Part shown: piece after piece, positions 52,501-60,460 of the stretch
Numbering within the stretch: position 1 is the first letter of the stretch
Layout: every line of letters begins with the position of its first letter
Assembly: GCF_964355755.1 (NCBI RefSeq)
Contig: NC_092678.1
Span: 16,969,881-17,033,880 of the forward strand
Reading direction: 5' to 3'
From: Antedon mediterranea
Lineage: Eukaryota > Animalia > Echinodermata
Length of the DNA: 64,000 nt
Made by a program: the position numbers and the translations under genes
The notes under the pieces: generated by a model
Told to the model about the DNA's origin: nothing
The model's input: the letters and a program-made list of their open reading frames with translations, nothing else
The model's database searches: none

Positions 52501-54146
52501 TTTAATAATAAAGAATAAATCAAAGAAGTTGCTTTTGTTCACAGTCATACCACCATAACGCTTCACTTTGAATGTACCGTAATTTTACAAGTAATATTTA
52601 ACAGTTAAACCTACCGTTAAATGTATAATTTCAGAAATAACATGATTTATTTGAATTTTTATAAGTAAGAAAACAAAATGAGAATAAACACTTACAGTAT
52701 AACCAATGATGTCAAACCACCAAATGCATTTTCATACAATGTAGTAATGCCGTTACTGCTTAAATCCCTTCAAAATAAAAACAGTTGGTAAATAACAGTT
52801 CACGAGTTGAGGTTTTCTTCTTTGGGAAAAATATTTACAGTTTATGTCAGTAGATGAAATAGTGACCCTAAAATAATGTATCTGAAATGTACTATTGTTG
52901 TGTATTACTGTACGTGTTAGTGAAAATTAAAGAGAGTCGATAACGTTACAACAAACGTTAAAATATTATTCAAATTATAAATACAAAATATATCGATTTA
53001 GTACATACTGTAGTACGTCAGGAATAGGTTGTTCGTTTATATAATTACTGATATAAAGACGGAGAGATAACATTTTAATACATCTTAAAGGCAATTGAAA
53101 AATAATCAATCCTTTACTATAAGCCGAAACGTAGCAAGAGTATGTAACTTATTTGTTATAGAGAGAAAAATAGTGCATGTTTAGACACAAACCAGCACAG
53201 CTGATGTAATCTGAGGGTAGCCTACAATAATTAAAGTACACGTATAACTAAACGATAAAGAAAGAAATGTATACATAAATCAATGTCAAATAACTAGCTC
53301 GATGATATCAAACGGCGCCTCTACACACTCACACATTGATTCAATCCAAAGAGTTTACACTGACAAGAAAAGTCAGCATTTTTTTAAAGTTATGAATAAT
53401 CAACTACCAAAATAATATTAAAATTGTTTAAAATACCGTTCGTTATCTAATTTACGGACGTAGGAAGTCTAAAAATCAATATATATGTACATATTTGTTA
53501 TTTAGTGCCTTTGATTCTAACATCCGTTACTCTATTGTGTTAACCCACTGTGTAATAATAGTGTCTGTTTCTGTGGTTAATTGCGCGGTGCAATGCTGTT
53601 TTTTCAATTGAGGATTTTTCAATTCTGTTCTCGCACGATTGTATTATTCTATTTTATGAAAAGATGAGGGGCATTTTGGAAACACATTTTTTATACAATT
53701 CGAATGAGTGTACGATGTATTTAAACCAATTTACAGAACGTACGTACCGAAAAAAAAACACCATGGACTGAAATCGTTATTTTGTGAGGATGGTGCTAAT
53801 TGGAATGATTCGTCTACGATAGTCCAGTACTTTTACAATTAACTAATATTAATTTTCCGTTGTATCATTTTCATTTCTATATTTTGTAATAAAAATAATA
53901 TAATCATAATAACAATTTTTTTTTTAATATAAGCTTTAGAATTAACGTAACTGCGATCAACGTTTCAATGTTACTACGCCTGTTTTATGAAAGCTTACAG
54001 TTTGCACAAAACAGGTTCTTTGATGATACTTACAAGAATGTTATTGGTTGATGATTATTGTAGTTCCTGACGGATTCTGCTGTTGCATTAATATATTTCC
54101 GACAGCTTAAGTAGTTAAATATGCAATCGCATCCAGTTGGACATAT
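3495..54146 (-). CDS. Multi-exon LRR receptor-like gene (LRRNT, 10 intact single-LRR exons, GRL101/LGR-like hinge); 5' and 3' ends not resolved
   Basis: Exons with AG/GT boundaries splice in frame: 54146-54034, 52767-52696, 49680-49609, 47647-47576, 44307-44236, 39780-39709, 36400-36326, 32281-32210, 30196-30122, 5563-5489, 4414-4343, 3648-3495. Every LRR junction is phase 2 and splits the Leu codon (CT|N or TT|G). Confidence 0.85.
4035..4167. mobile_element. Penelope-like element end as an inverted (palindromic) pair
   Basis: Arms of about 62 bp: CATAATATAAAAATAACGCTTAAAAGAGAACGACGTTTCGAC ... GTCGAAACGTCGTTCTCTTTTAAGCGTTATTTTTATATTATG; CGAAACGTCG is typical of PLE pseudo-LTRs. Confidence 0.65.
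4343..4414 (-). CDS. LRR exon type D (72 bp) WIYDNELKNYKDSTFENLININEL
   Basis: tttgcag|T TGG ... GAA TT|gtaagt; 24-aa LRR pattern. Confidence 0.85.
5110..5903. repeat. Displaced copy of the type-C LRR exon unit
   Basis: Near-identical to about 29750-30540 and 35628-36690; cut at about 5904 by the LINE poly-A end. Confidence 0.9.
5489..5563 (-). CDS. LRR exon type C (75 bp) YLNDNAITTIDQGAFSAFASSLSIL
   Basis: tctgtag|G TAT ... ATA CT|gtaagt. Confidence 0.88.
8099..9962. mobile_element. Non-autonomous hAT element (1864 bp)
   Basis: TIRs CAGTGGTGGCGCCAG / CTGGCGCCACCCCTG; 8-bp TSD ATTCAACG at 8091-8098 and 9963-9970; removal restores the RT frame YNNVE-CVTVNNGW. Confidence 0.95.
8171..9110. 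repeat. Three tandem units of about 310-320 bp inside the hAT element
   Basis: GGGTACTTTTTGTCGGGGAATATAA recurs near 8179, 8502 and 8813 with collinear downstream sequence. Confidence 0.92.
10758..11308. repeat. 56-bp minisatellite, about 10 copies, downstream of the transposase stop
   Basis: Unit CTACATGGTCATAAACTTTATGACTACAGTATATGGTTGAGCTATTGTTATATAAA; period 56 (10923 to 10979). Confidence 0.95.
13890..14040 (-). mobile_element. Short LINE 3'-end fragment in a transposase intron
   Basis: TTTTCTCTTTT..CCACTTTTATTCA resembles the Tx1 3' end at 5910-5950. Confidence 0.4.
16477..16515. repeat. (TAG)n microsatellite
   Basis: About 13 TAG units. Confidence 0.95.
18392..19489. mobile_element. 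Foldback/MITE element of 1098 bp with arms of about 530 bp, Merlin- or MULE-like ends
   Basis: Termini GGCGCTAGTTCCG ... CGGAACTAGCGCC; 8-bp TSD GAACTTCG at 18384-18391 and 19490-19497; spacer about 18921-18964. Confidence 0.93.
19655..19720 (-). promoter_or_regulatory. Putative promoter of the transposase gene
   Basis: CpG-rich; ETS-like CCGGAAGT and three CGCGACCGATTTC repeats just upstream of a candidate ATG at 19647. Confidence 0.35.
20821..21503. repeat. Direct repeat A (about 680 bp), copy at about 22238-22915; CACTG start and AAATTACTG subrepeats suggest CMC/EnSpm origin
   Basis: Near-identical from GGCCTACACTGTTAAAAAAATTC to GGACACTTAACA. Confidence 0.85.
21502..22128. repeat. Direct repeat B (about 625 bp), copy at about 24758-25387
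   Basis: Near-identical from CAATGAGAATTATATCGTCGG to GGTTTTCATGGT. Confidence 0.9.
21813..21850 (-). ncRNA. Minimal hammerhead ribozyme motif, Penelope type
   Basis: CA-CTGATGA-A-GGGC-TAGTTTT-GCCC-GAAA-GCTC-TG: intact core, stem II and palindromic AGCT stem III; stem I is short. Confidence 0.55.
22852..23078 (+). pseudogene. Merlin (IS1595/ISXO2-like) transposase C-terminal fragment
   Basis: SNKWKVY...HLTVNHSKNVVDPITGVHTQNIESYWNREKLKLK matches the SDxWxAY / VNHS..FVDP.TG.HTQ.IES.W signature. Confidence 0.85.
25071..25108 (-). ncRNA. Second copy of the minimal hammerhead motif
   Basis: CTGATGAAGGGCTAGTTTTTCCCGAAAGCTCTG; one stem-II mismatch compared with the first copy. Confidence 0.45.
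26011..27052 (+). mobile_element. Degenerate LINE RT fragment, RTE-X-like
   Basis: IPGWNE..GKPKSG, RPIALASVVSKVLE, QFAFK, FLDASKAYD, GVRQGG; stops and deletions present. Confidence 0.88.
30122..30196 (-). CDS. LRR exon type C (75 bp) YLPYKNITTIDQGAFSAFASSISIL
   Basis: tttgcag|G TAT ... ATA CT|gtatgt; the conserved Asn is replaced by Lys. Confidence 0.75.
31026..32065 (-). mobile_element. Non-autonomous Helitron/Helentron-like element
   Basis: Minus-strand end has hairpin AACTCGTC-CATA-GACGAGTT then CAAATCTAG|TT; TGACGTCA-rich body; no TIRs. Confidence 0.6.
32210..32281 (-). CDS. LRR exon type B (72 bp) SLSSNQITTLPENVFDGLKSLTIL
   Basis: ttttcag|A TCG ... ATA CT|gtgagt. Confidence 0.92.
32434..32481 (-). 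pseudogene. Truncated type-B LRR pseudo-exon WLANNQITTLPANVF
   Basis: Acceptor intact; the 3' third and the donor are deleted, and read-through hits TAA. Confidence 0.85.
35990..36302 (+). mobile_element. tRNA-derived SINE with a Deu/Nin-like core and L2-like tail
   Basis: A box TGGCGCAGTGTG, B box GGTTCGAATCC, core CTCTCTCCACCCAGGTGTATAAATGGGTACC, tail GTAAAGCGCC..GGCGCTATATAAAT(TAT)n; absent from the paralogous units, with AAGT duplicated at the flanks. Confidence 0.9.
36326..36400 (-). CDS. LRR exon type C (75 bp) YLYGNAITTIDQGAFSAFASSLSIL
   Basis: tttgcag|G TAC ... ATA CT|gtaagt. Confidence 0.88.
37173..38210 (-). mobile_element. Duplicate of the Helitron-like element with its terminal hairpin and CTAG deleted
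   Basis: Collinear with 31045-32065; begins AACAAGACGAGTTAGG. Confidence 0.6.
38352..38423 (-). pseudogene. Type-B LRR exon YLYNNQITTLTANVFDVLTSLTEL with a mutated donor
   Basis: Open 72-bp frame and intact acceptor, but the donor reads gagagt where the paralogs have gtgagt. Confidence 0.85.
38700..38900. mobile_element. Small MITE, PIF/Harbinger-like, right end eroded
   Basis: Insertion relative to paralogs (TTACT^TAGAAG); AGCGTGATTCCCACTAG start; inverted ACGCAACG/CGTTGCGT repeats. Confidence 0.6.
39709..39780 (-). CDS. LRR exon type B (72 bp) WLESNKITTISENVFDGLTSLTGL
   Basis: ttttcag|A TGG ... GGG CT|gtgagt. Confidence 0.92.
42990..44070 (+). mobile_element. RTE-X-like LINE 3' portion with a (GAAT)n tail; shorter 3' copy at about 45465-45820
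   Basis: FLDA.KAFD, NGVRQGGVMSPLLYNV, LSYADDMLL, YLGH; AATAAA followed by GAATGAATGAAT. Confidence 0.88.
44236..44307 (-). CDS. LRR exon type A (72 bp) DLSSNGITTLSGNEFVGLTSLVTL
   Basis: ttttgaag|G GAT ... ACA CT|gtaagt. Confidence 0.9.
44570..45230 (+). mobile_element. Rex1/Babar LINE APE-endonuclease remnant; further copies at about 46290-46950, 47910-48980 and 49950-50630
   Basis: LRRKKFKPPMPSVIFGNAHSLKNK, DSCLMAITETWL, RPFYLPREF, HQYVNVATRE, LDMCYGN, GRSDH across frames. Confidence 0.85.
45990..46059 (-). pseudogene. Type-A LRR pseudo-exon LSRNGITTLYENTFVGLTSLVTL lacking its acceptor
   Basis: A deletion of about 34 bp between two TAAAT microhomologies removes the pyrimidine tract and AG. 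Confidence 0.85.
47576..47647 (-). CDS. LRR exon type A (72 bp) DLGSNGITTLSRNEFVGLTSLVTL
   Basis: ttttgaag|G GAT ... ACA CT|gtaagt. Confidence 0.9.
48362..48762 (+). mobile_element. 401-bp insertion with an 8-bp TSD and a PHD-finger fragment
   Basis: TSD GCTGTTAC at 48354-48361 and 48763-48770; starts CAGGG; ends in ENVPMYCPCGESSDDQMIACE; empty site at 46733-46740. Confidence 0.85.
49609..49680 (-). CDS. LRR exon type A (72 bp) KLNSNDITTLHENTFGGLTSLVTL
   Basis: ttttgaag|G AAG ... ACA CT|gtaagt. Confidence 0.9.
51490..51890 (-). mobile_element. LINE 3' end (Rex-Babar-like) with an (ATTTG)n tail
   Basis: CAAATCAAATCAAATCAA tail; minus strand reads ALRADASRHRLSFVPNS, resembling the R...SF.P C-terminal motif. 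Confidence 0.5.
52696..52767 (-). CDS. LRR exon type A (72 bp) DLSSNGITTLYENAFGGLTSLVIL
   Basis: ttttgaag|G GAT ... ATA CT|gtaagt. Confidence 0.9.
54034..54146 (-). CDS. LRRNT cap exon ICPTGCDCIFNYLSCRKYINATAESVRNYNNHQPITF(L)
   Basis: aaacag|ATA TGT ... TTC TT|gtaagt; CPxxCxC-x6-C cap; its phase-2 end joins the first LRR exon. Confidence 0.9.
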
Positions 54147-55989
54147 CTGTTTTAGGAATAATAATTGTTCTGTAAAAAAAAAATGTTTGTGAAATTAGGT
54201 ACTAGTTTCGAATTTACCTAAATGGACAGTAAAACAATAGCTATAAAAATGTAATAACTATGTTTGTCATTTAACTATTAATTGTATAGGACTTGGCTCT
54301 TGAGTAGGACTAGACGTTTTGAAAAGGTAGATGTATCTTAAGTTTAGGTCATTCTTCAAAGATATCATAATCTAATATCATTTTGATACATTACTGTTGT
54401 ACATGTGCAATTTTGGATTTGTGGATTTGACGCACACTGGATAAATATTGATGTTTTTTTCTTCAAATGTCTCTCAATTTTGTGTCCAATTACGTCTGCC
54501 GGTGGAATTTGTATAGTCTCTAACAATGCACCATCACCGAGTTGGCCGCATTGGCCGCCTTCTCCTGAGTAGGGGTCAAAGAGCCAGTGTTGTGGTGGAA
54601 TAATGTTTTATAATTCAGGTGATTCATTATTGTCTCGTTTCTAACAATATCGGAATTTTTACCGGGATGAAGTCTCTTTTGCAAAAAGAAGCTTTGTGTT
54701 ATGTTTGTTTAGAAACCTCTTACTATTACGTTTGTGAATTTTTTCCAATTGATCAATTGTTTTTGCAGAGGTTTTTTAAAGATTTTAGGTTGTCCAGGGA
54801 GCGTTTGTTTGCCTAATTCTCTGCAATCTAAGGTTGTGTCTAATTATCAATCAAGTAAAGAGCTTAAACTAGATTATGATTAATTACTGTAATTGAATAT
54901 TTAATTAATGGCAGTAACATAGCCTAGATTATAGAGTATAGACAGCGATTCAGATTAATATTTGTTATAAAATCAAACAACAAACGTAAAAGACTTTAGT
55001 ATATAATAGCTATCTTCCTTGTATTAGCTACAGTGTTTTATTTTAGAATTTTTGCAAGTAGTGTTTCTCTGTTTTAAAAGTATCTTCTATCAAATCGCCT
55101 AAAAAAGCCTAATCAGGTTAATACATTACACTTTTTCAGTAACTTAGGGGTTATTAGTTTACAATACGTCGCGAAACGCGTTACACTTAGCGACTGACGC
55201 GTTTATTTTTTTTTTAATATTTATAATACAATTATGTATTATTAATTTTTAAAAAACATTAAAACCTAAATAACCTACTGAATACAAAATATATTCATTG
55301 TATCCTAATTTCAACATTTTTTTTTTATCTTATGTGGGTTCATCCCACTTTTATTTCCATACAACTGTTCTCTTTACATATATTTTTCATATACACTATA
55401 CATATCATTATATTTACAATGTTTGTTTAATCATCTGTTTACATATATCTTTTTAAACATATTATCTGTAACACATTTTCATTAACAAGCTTATTTTTTT
55501 CTTACATAGGTCTAGTTGTTTTTGATTTTTTCATCTACCACATTTTCATTTAACAATGCAAATTCTCTGTTATACTCATTACTTACTAAATGTTTACTGT
55601 TAACATAAATTTGTTCAAGTTAACTGTATATTTATATTATTTTGCAATCCACTTTTGAGCACTTGTCGAAGATGGCTACTTTGCATGTGCAATTGAACGA
55701 AGTATACTGAATGAAGTTGAATATAGTCCTATTTGTAGTGAGTCTAGAGTAACGCAAATGAGAGAAACTTGTATAGACAAAAAACACCCAATCTCGTTCT
55801 CATCTAATCGAGTACTTAAATGAAGTCTTCTACACATTTAGCAATAATGTTTACTGATGAAATCTATTCAAGTTTTGTTTTGGAAAGTTAGTGTTTCCAT
55901 CACTTGTGTTTGTTTGGTTGTTACATTCAGGGTAATTGTCCTATATTGCATTTCTTCGCTGAGTATCTTTCTTTAATTAAGTATAGTTA

Positions 55990-56478
55990 AGTTTGTTCAT
56001 GACCAAATTAACGGCAAAACACCACATCAAACAATGGAATACTTTTATTTAATTACACATAATGCTAGTACCAGATTTAGTAATAGATATAATTTTGCAA
56101 TTCCGAAAGCTCGCACAGATGCTGGTAAATTTAGAATTTCTTTTAATGGAGCTCAACTTTGGAATAATTTACCCTTAGTTATAAAATGTACCTCTTCTAG
56201 ATTTAAATTCATAAATGAAGTTAAATGTTTACTTTTACAAAAATATTAATGTTAGCCCTTGTTTACGTTATTTCTTTCATATAGTTGCTGTTTCTTTCTT
56301 ATTGAATTATTGTTGATAGATGAAAATGTATGCATTATGACTAATTTATTTTTTGTGAAAGGAGTCAAACCTTGATTAGCGAAAGCTATTTTTTGGCTCC
56401 TTTTCACACACACATACATTTTATTGTATTGTACTATTTATGTATGATGATGTGAATAAAGTTGATATAAGTATAAGT
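55990..56478 (+). mobile_element. CR1/L2-group LINE 3' end
   Basis: HNASTR..FAIPKARTDAGKFRISFNGAQLWNNLP..IK..S..KF C-terminal motif; AATAAA and a short repeat tail. Confidence 0.8.
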
Positions 56479-56561
56479 TTAAAGGGCCTTCAAACTGGGG
56501 TATAACCTACTAATTAAAAGGATGGACATTTTCGGGATGCACAATATAAAAACTAGACTAC

Positions 56562-57445
56562 TGTTGCCATATCACGAACCACAACTGAAAAATATATTTT
56601 TTCCACCAGACCTAAAGTAATCCTTGGTCCGCCAAACTTGGCAGAATTCTCGAATTTTACTTTTTAAAAATTTGGCCATCATCTGGACACGATTTGGGTA
56701 TTACAGTTTTGTTACTTATGACATTACGCCTTAGTATCATCTTTTTCATTATTGCCTTTTTACTTGATTTTTGGTTGATTAGTAAATGTTAAATTGTTGT
56801 TATATTGGAATTGGTAACAATTTTTGGCTTGTGTAACATAATGTATTGATGAGCTGTTTTAACCTCATGAACAGATTTACTTTTATTACTTTCATTTCTT
56901 TTATGTACATTTTCAAAGTATTGAATGTGTCCTTTCTCAATCGAGTATTTGGAAAATAATGGCTTATTCAAACTTCTTTAGCAATCCTTGAACAGTCTGG
57001 TTGGTTCAGTCACCATAAGCACATGTATGGTAATTGTAATATTTTCAGTGTTCTCGTAAAGACGAAATGCCCCATCATGTTCTGAGCTTGAGTATGATAT
57101 TGTTTCTTAGAAATGAGGCTAAACCTTTTTGTTGATTTTTGCACAACATTTCCATTCATAAAATTTCCATTGTTCACATAGTCAAGGACATGCAATACAG
57201 AGTTCATTTTAAGTTTGAAAAAAGGGCAATATATGAAAAAGAGGATACTAGAGCGTAACATGTCATTAGTAACAAAACTGTTCCTATTCATCCAATCTCT
57301 TCTAGATGATTACTGTATATGGTCGATTTCTTTTTCTTTTTTTTTATTTGAAAATCTTTGAGAACCACCAAGCTGGACTTAGGTCTGGAGGACAGAAATC
57401 TTCGGTGTCTTTTCCCCATTCAGTAGTTGTTCGTGTTATGGCAAC
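56562..57445 (-). mobile_element. Internally deleted Sola1/DUF7869-like DNA transposon
   Basis: Imperfect TIRs TGTTGCCATATCACGAACCACAACTGAA / TTCAGTAGTTGTTCGTGTTATGGCAACA; remnant SKYSIEKGHIQYFENVHK resembles KYLEKGHTQxExDSVH. Confidence 0.6.
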
Positions 57446-57829
57446 AAAGAGAAATGTAGCAACATGAAATTGTTATGCAACAGCAAACACAAGTGACGGA
57501 AACACTAACTTTCCAAAACAAAACTTTTACTGGATTTCATCAGTAGGCCTACACATTATTGCTAAATATGTGGAAGACTTCATTTAAGTACTCGATTAGA
57601 TGAGATTGGGTATTTTTTGTATATACAATTTTCTCATTTCTCATTTACATTACTCTAGACTCACTACAAATAGGACAATCTATTCAACTTTGTTCAGTAT
57701 ACTTTGTTCAATTGCACAATGCAAGCAGCCATCTTCGACATGTGCTCAAAAGTGGGTTGCAAAATAATATCATAAATATACAGTTAACTATACAATTAAC
57801 TGAACAAATTTATAAATTTTATGTATTTA

Positions 57830-58605
57830 ACAAGTCAATAACTATACTTCCTGACATTTTTTTGAAAAGTCTTCTATTAAGCAGAATAGAAACATATATA
57901 TTCTGAACAATCTGACACCAAAATGAACTTTCCACTCCAACCCAATAATTTGATATGGCAATTTTCCTGAAAAAGCAGGTCAAAGGTCAAATATGGTATT
58001 TCTGAACATTATTTGAGAAAAAACGTTATTATAGTCAATAGAAATGTTTATGTTCTGAACATTTTGACACCAAAATTAACTCTCTATGACAAGTAGTTTT
58101 ATGGATATCAAAATATATTAACCGTAACAAGGTTGGTAATTACACCGTAACGGTCAAAGGCAAAACTGAGTACTTCCGGTCAATTTTGGATAAAATGTTT
58201 CATTAAATTAAATAGTAACATATATATTCTAAACAATTTGACACTTAAATAAACTGTCTGTGACAACTATTTACTGAGATATGGTAATGCCTTAAAATAT
58301 GGGTCAAAGGTTAAAACTGGTACTTCCGGTAATTTTTTTCAAAAAAAACTTCATTAGAGTAAATAGGAATGTTTATGTTCTGAACATTTTGGGCTAAAAA
58401 TCAACTCTCTATGACCAGTATTTTTAGAGATATAGACTGTTTAAGCGAAAATGTCCGCCATTTTAAGTTATGCAAATTAGGTGACCCAAAAGGTCATTTT
58501 GCTTGGCGTCCATCAAAAATTGAATTTGTATAGGGTGGGCAACCTGTATACCAAATTTGGTGCTTTTGGAAGAAACTGAACCAAACACCCTTATTTCAGC
58601 CCTAA
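57830..58605. mobile_element. Unclassified non-autonomous repeat with internal subrepeats
   Basis: Three or four diverged units of about 160 bp containing GGTCAAAGG and TTCTGAACA..TTTGACACC. Confidence 0.45.
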
Positions 58606-58634
58606 CATATGGCAAGCCTCAGCTGTCTGAAGTA

Positions 58635-58960
58635 TTCAAAATATTATATTATTATATCATTTTTTTATTATATTATATATTGTATTGTAATGAATTATAC
58701 GTTTTGCATTATATTACTTGGTTTTAGCATTATATTATATCTATTTCGAATATATTATGTGAAAAATGTAACAAATTATTGACTTTTTGTATTATATTAT
58801 TTGGTTTTAGCATTATATTATGAACATTTAATATTATATTATTAATAAAATACATTATATTATAATATAATTGTATTATATTAAACGCATTTACTTTACT
58901 TTATAACATACAACATTATTATATTATACGGATTCGTTAGTTATATTATTATTTTGTATG
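58635..58960. repeat. (TATTA)-rich low-complexity tract
   Basis: Repeated ATATTAT motifs. Confidence 0.8.
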
Positions 58961-59079
58961 ATGTTTATTATACGTCACGGCTTATTTCAGTTCTTCTAAC
59001 TCTTTCTCTCCCTCCCCCTGTTCACTAGCAATCAGCGGCCGGCAGAATCTGAATTGTGTGACTGTTGAAGAATAACTAC

Positions 59080-59390
59080 GTACTAGGCCTAGCCTAGGCC
59101 TACTAGGGGATCTAGACAAGTGACCAAGGATCACCGGACAGCTACAACTAATACTACAATACAATAATACTACTACAATAACTACTACTGCTACTACCTA
59201 GGCCTATAGCTAGTGAGTAGTAGGTAGCTACTACTAGGCTCTAGGGCGTATGTATGATGTTAACTACTAGGGCCTAGGCTAGGCCTAGAGAGGCCTACTA
59301 GTACTAGGCTAGGCCTAGACTTAAGTTGTAGTAGGCTAGGGCCGGGCCTGCTGCCTTAGGCTAGGCTACTACTACTACTACTACTAAGCA
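59080..59390. repeat. TAGGCCTA/(CTA)n-rich tract; a similar tract lies at 18110-18270
   Basis: Dense TAGGCCTA, TAGCCTA and CTA repeats. Confidence 0.8.
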
Positions 59391-60460
59391 GCCCATGATG
59401 GGTACGAGTAAGCCAAAATTTTGGATATATGTAAACCAAAATTTGGGTACGAGCGTGTTGGCATGGCATGGGTACGGGTTGACCTGTATCCTTCTAGCTA
59501 ATCGTACTATGCCTAGGCCTCAAGTAAGTCTACGCTACCCAGTCCGGCTACAATATGGTCTATTTTGTTTATATCTTTATTGATAGCTGGGTTCAAATCT
59601 GTGTTGGGACGGCTTTTTCTCATTCTAAAACAGATTTCCTTATCATAATAAAATAATATATGAATTTATTTGTAATATTGTAATGTATACATAATATAAG
59701 TAATTGCCATTGCCTTTATTACTATTAATTATGTATTATACGGTTACCCCTTAATTATACTATAGTATAATTTCCTTGTTATATTTTACAATATTTTCTT
59801 CCTAATTCTACAATTTTGTCTTTCACAGCACAAATTTATCATACTGAATCATCACACACCAAGTCTCATAAATCTCTACTGTATTTGTCCAAGCTACTCC
59901 AGCTACATGGTATTGCCTTGAGGCTAAATTACACGGTATACTGGCACTACCATCATTCCTGGCTCGTCAACCTGTACCACATAAGCACAGTTTCAGTTTC
60001 AGTTTATTTACCATTTCAATTTCTGAACATAAAAGATGAACAACTTATATGGATGGATAACCGTAAGAGCGAAGCTCGTTTACCGGTCACCCGTTAGTGC
60101 AGTGACATTACAGAAAACATAAAGACAGGACAAAGGTGCAATACTTAACAAGACATGTGAATACTTGTGTTTGCAACCCCTTGGATAAAATAATATATTT
60201 ATATAAAGGAGAAAGTTAGATATTATAATATTTCTTTTTGATCATACAATGATAATTTTTAAATTACTTCTTAAGAAGTCATACTACTGATTCAAAATAG
60301 TGACTTACACCCTGTGGTCAAGGCTTTATTTGCTCTTATGCTTATTTTCTCCAACAAACAGAGTACATAGGACTTTTTTTATTCATAACTGTTGAATTGT
60401 TTCCCAATACATAGTACCTATTGGTATTGTATCTAAAAATACAAAGGCGGCTAACACAGA

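Larger units (their letters stand above)
44070..53000. repeat. Tandem array of five type-A units (spacing 1.6-3.1 kb), each with one LRR exon
   Basis: AATAAACACTTACAGT recurs near 44223, 45977, 47563, 49596 and 52683 with collinear flanks. Confidence 0.93.
55606..57813. mobile_element. Diverged inverted-repeat pair (about 310 bp) enclosing nested elements
   Basis: 55606-55913 is the reverse complement of 57484-57813 (for example TCGAGTACTTAAATGAAGTCTTC / GAAGACTTCATTTAAGTACTCGA). Confidence 0.8.
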
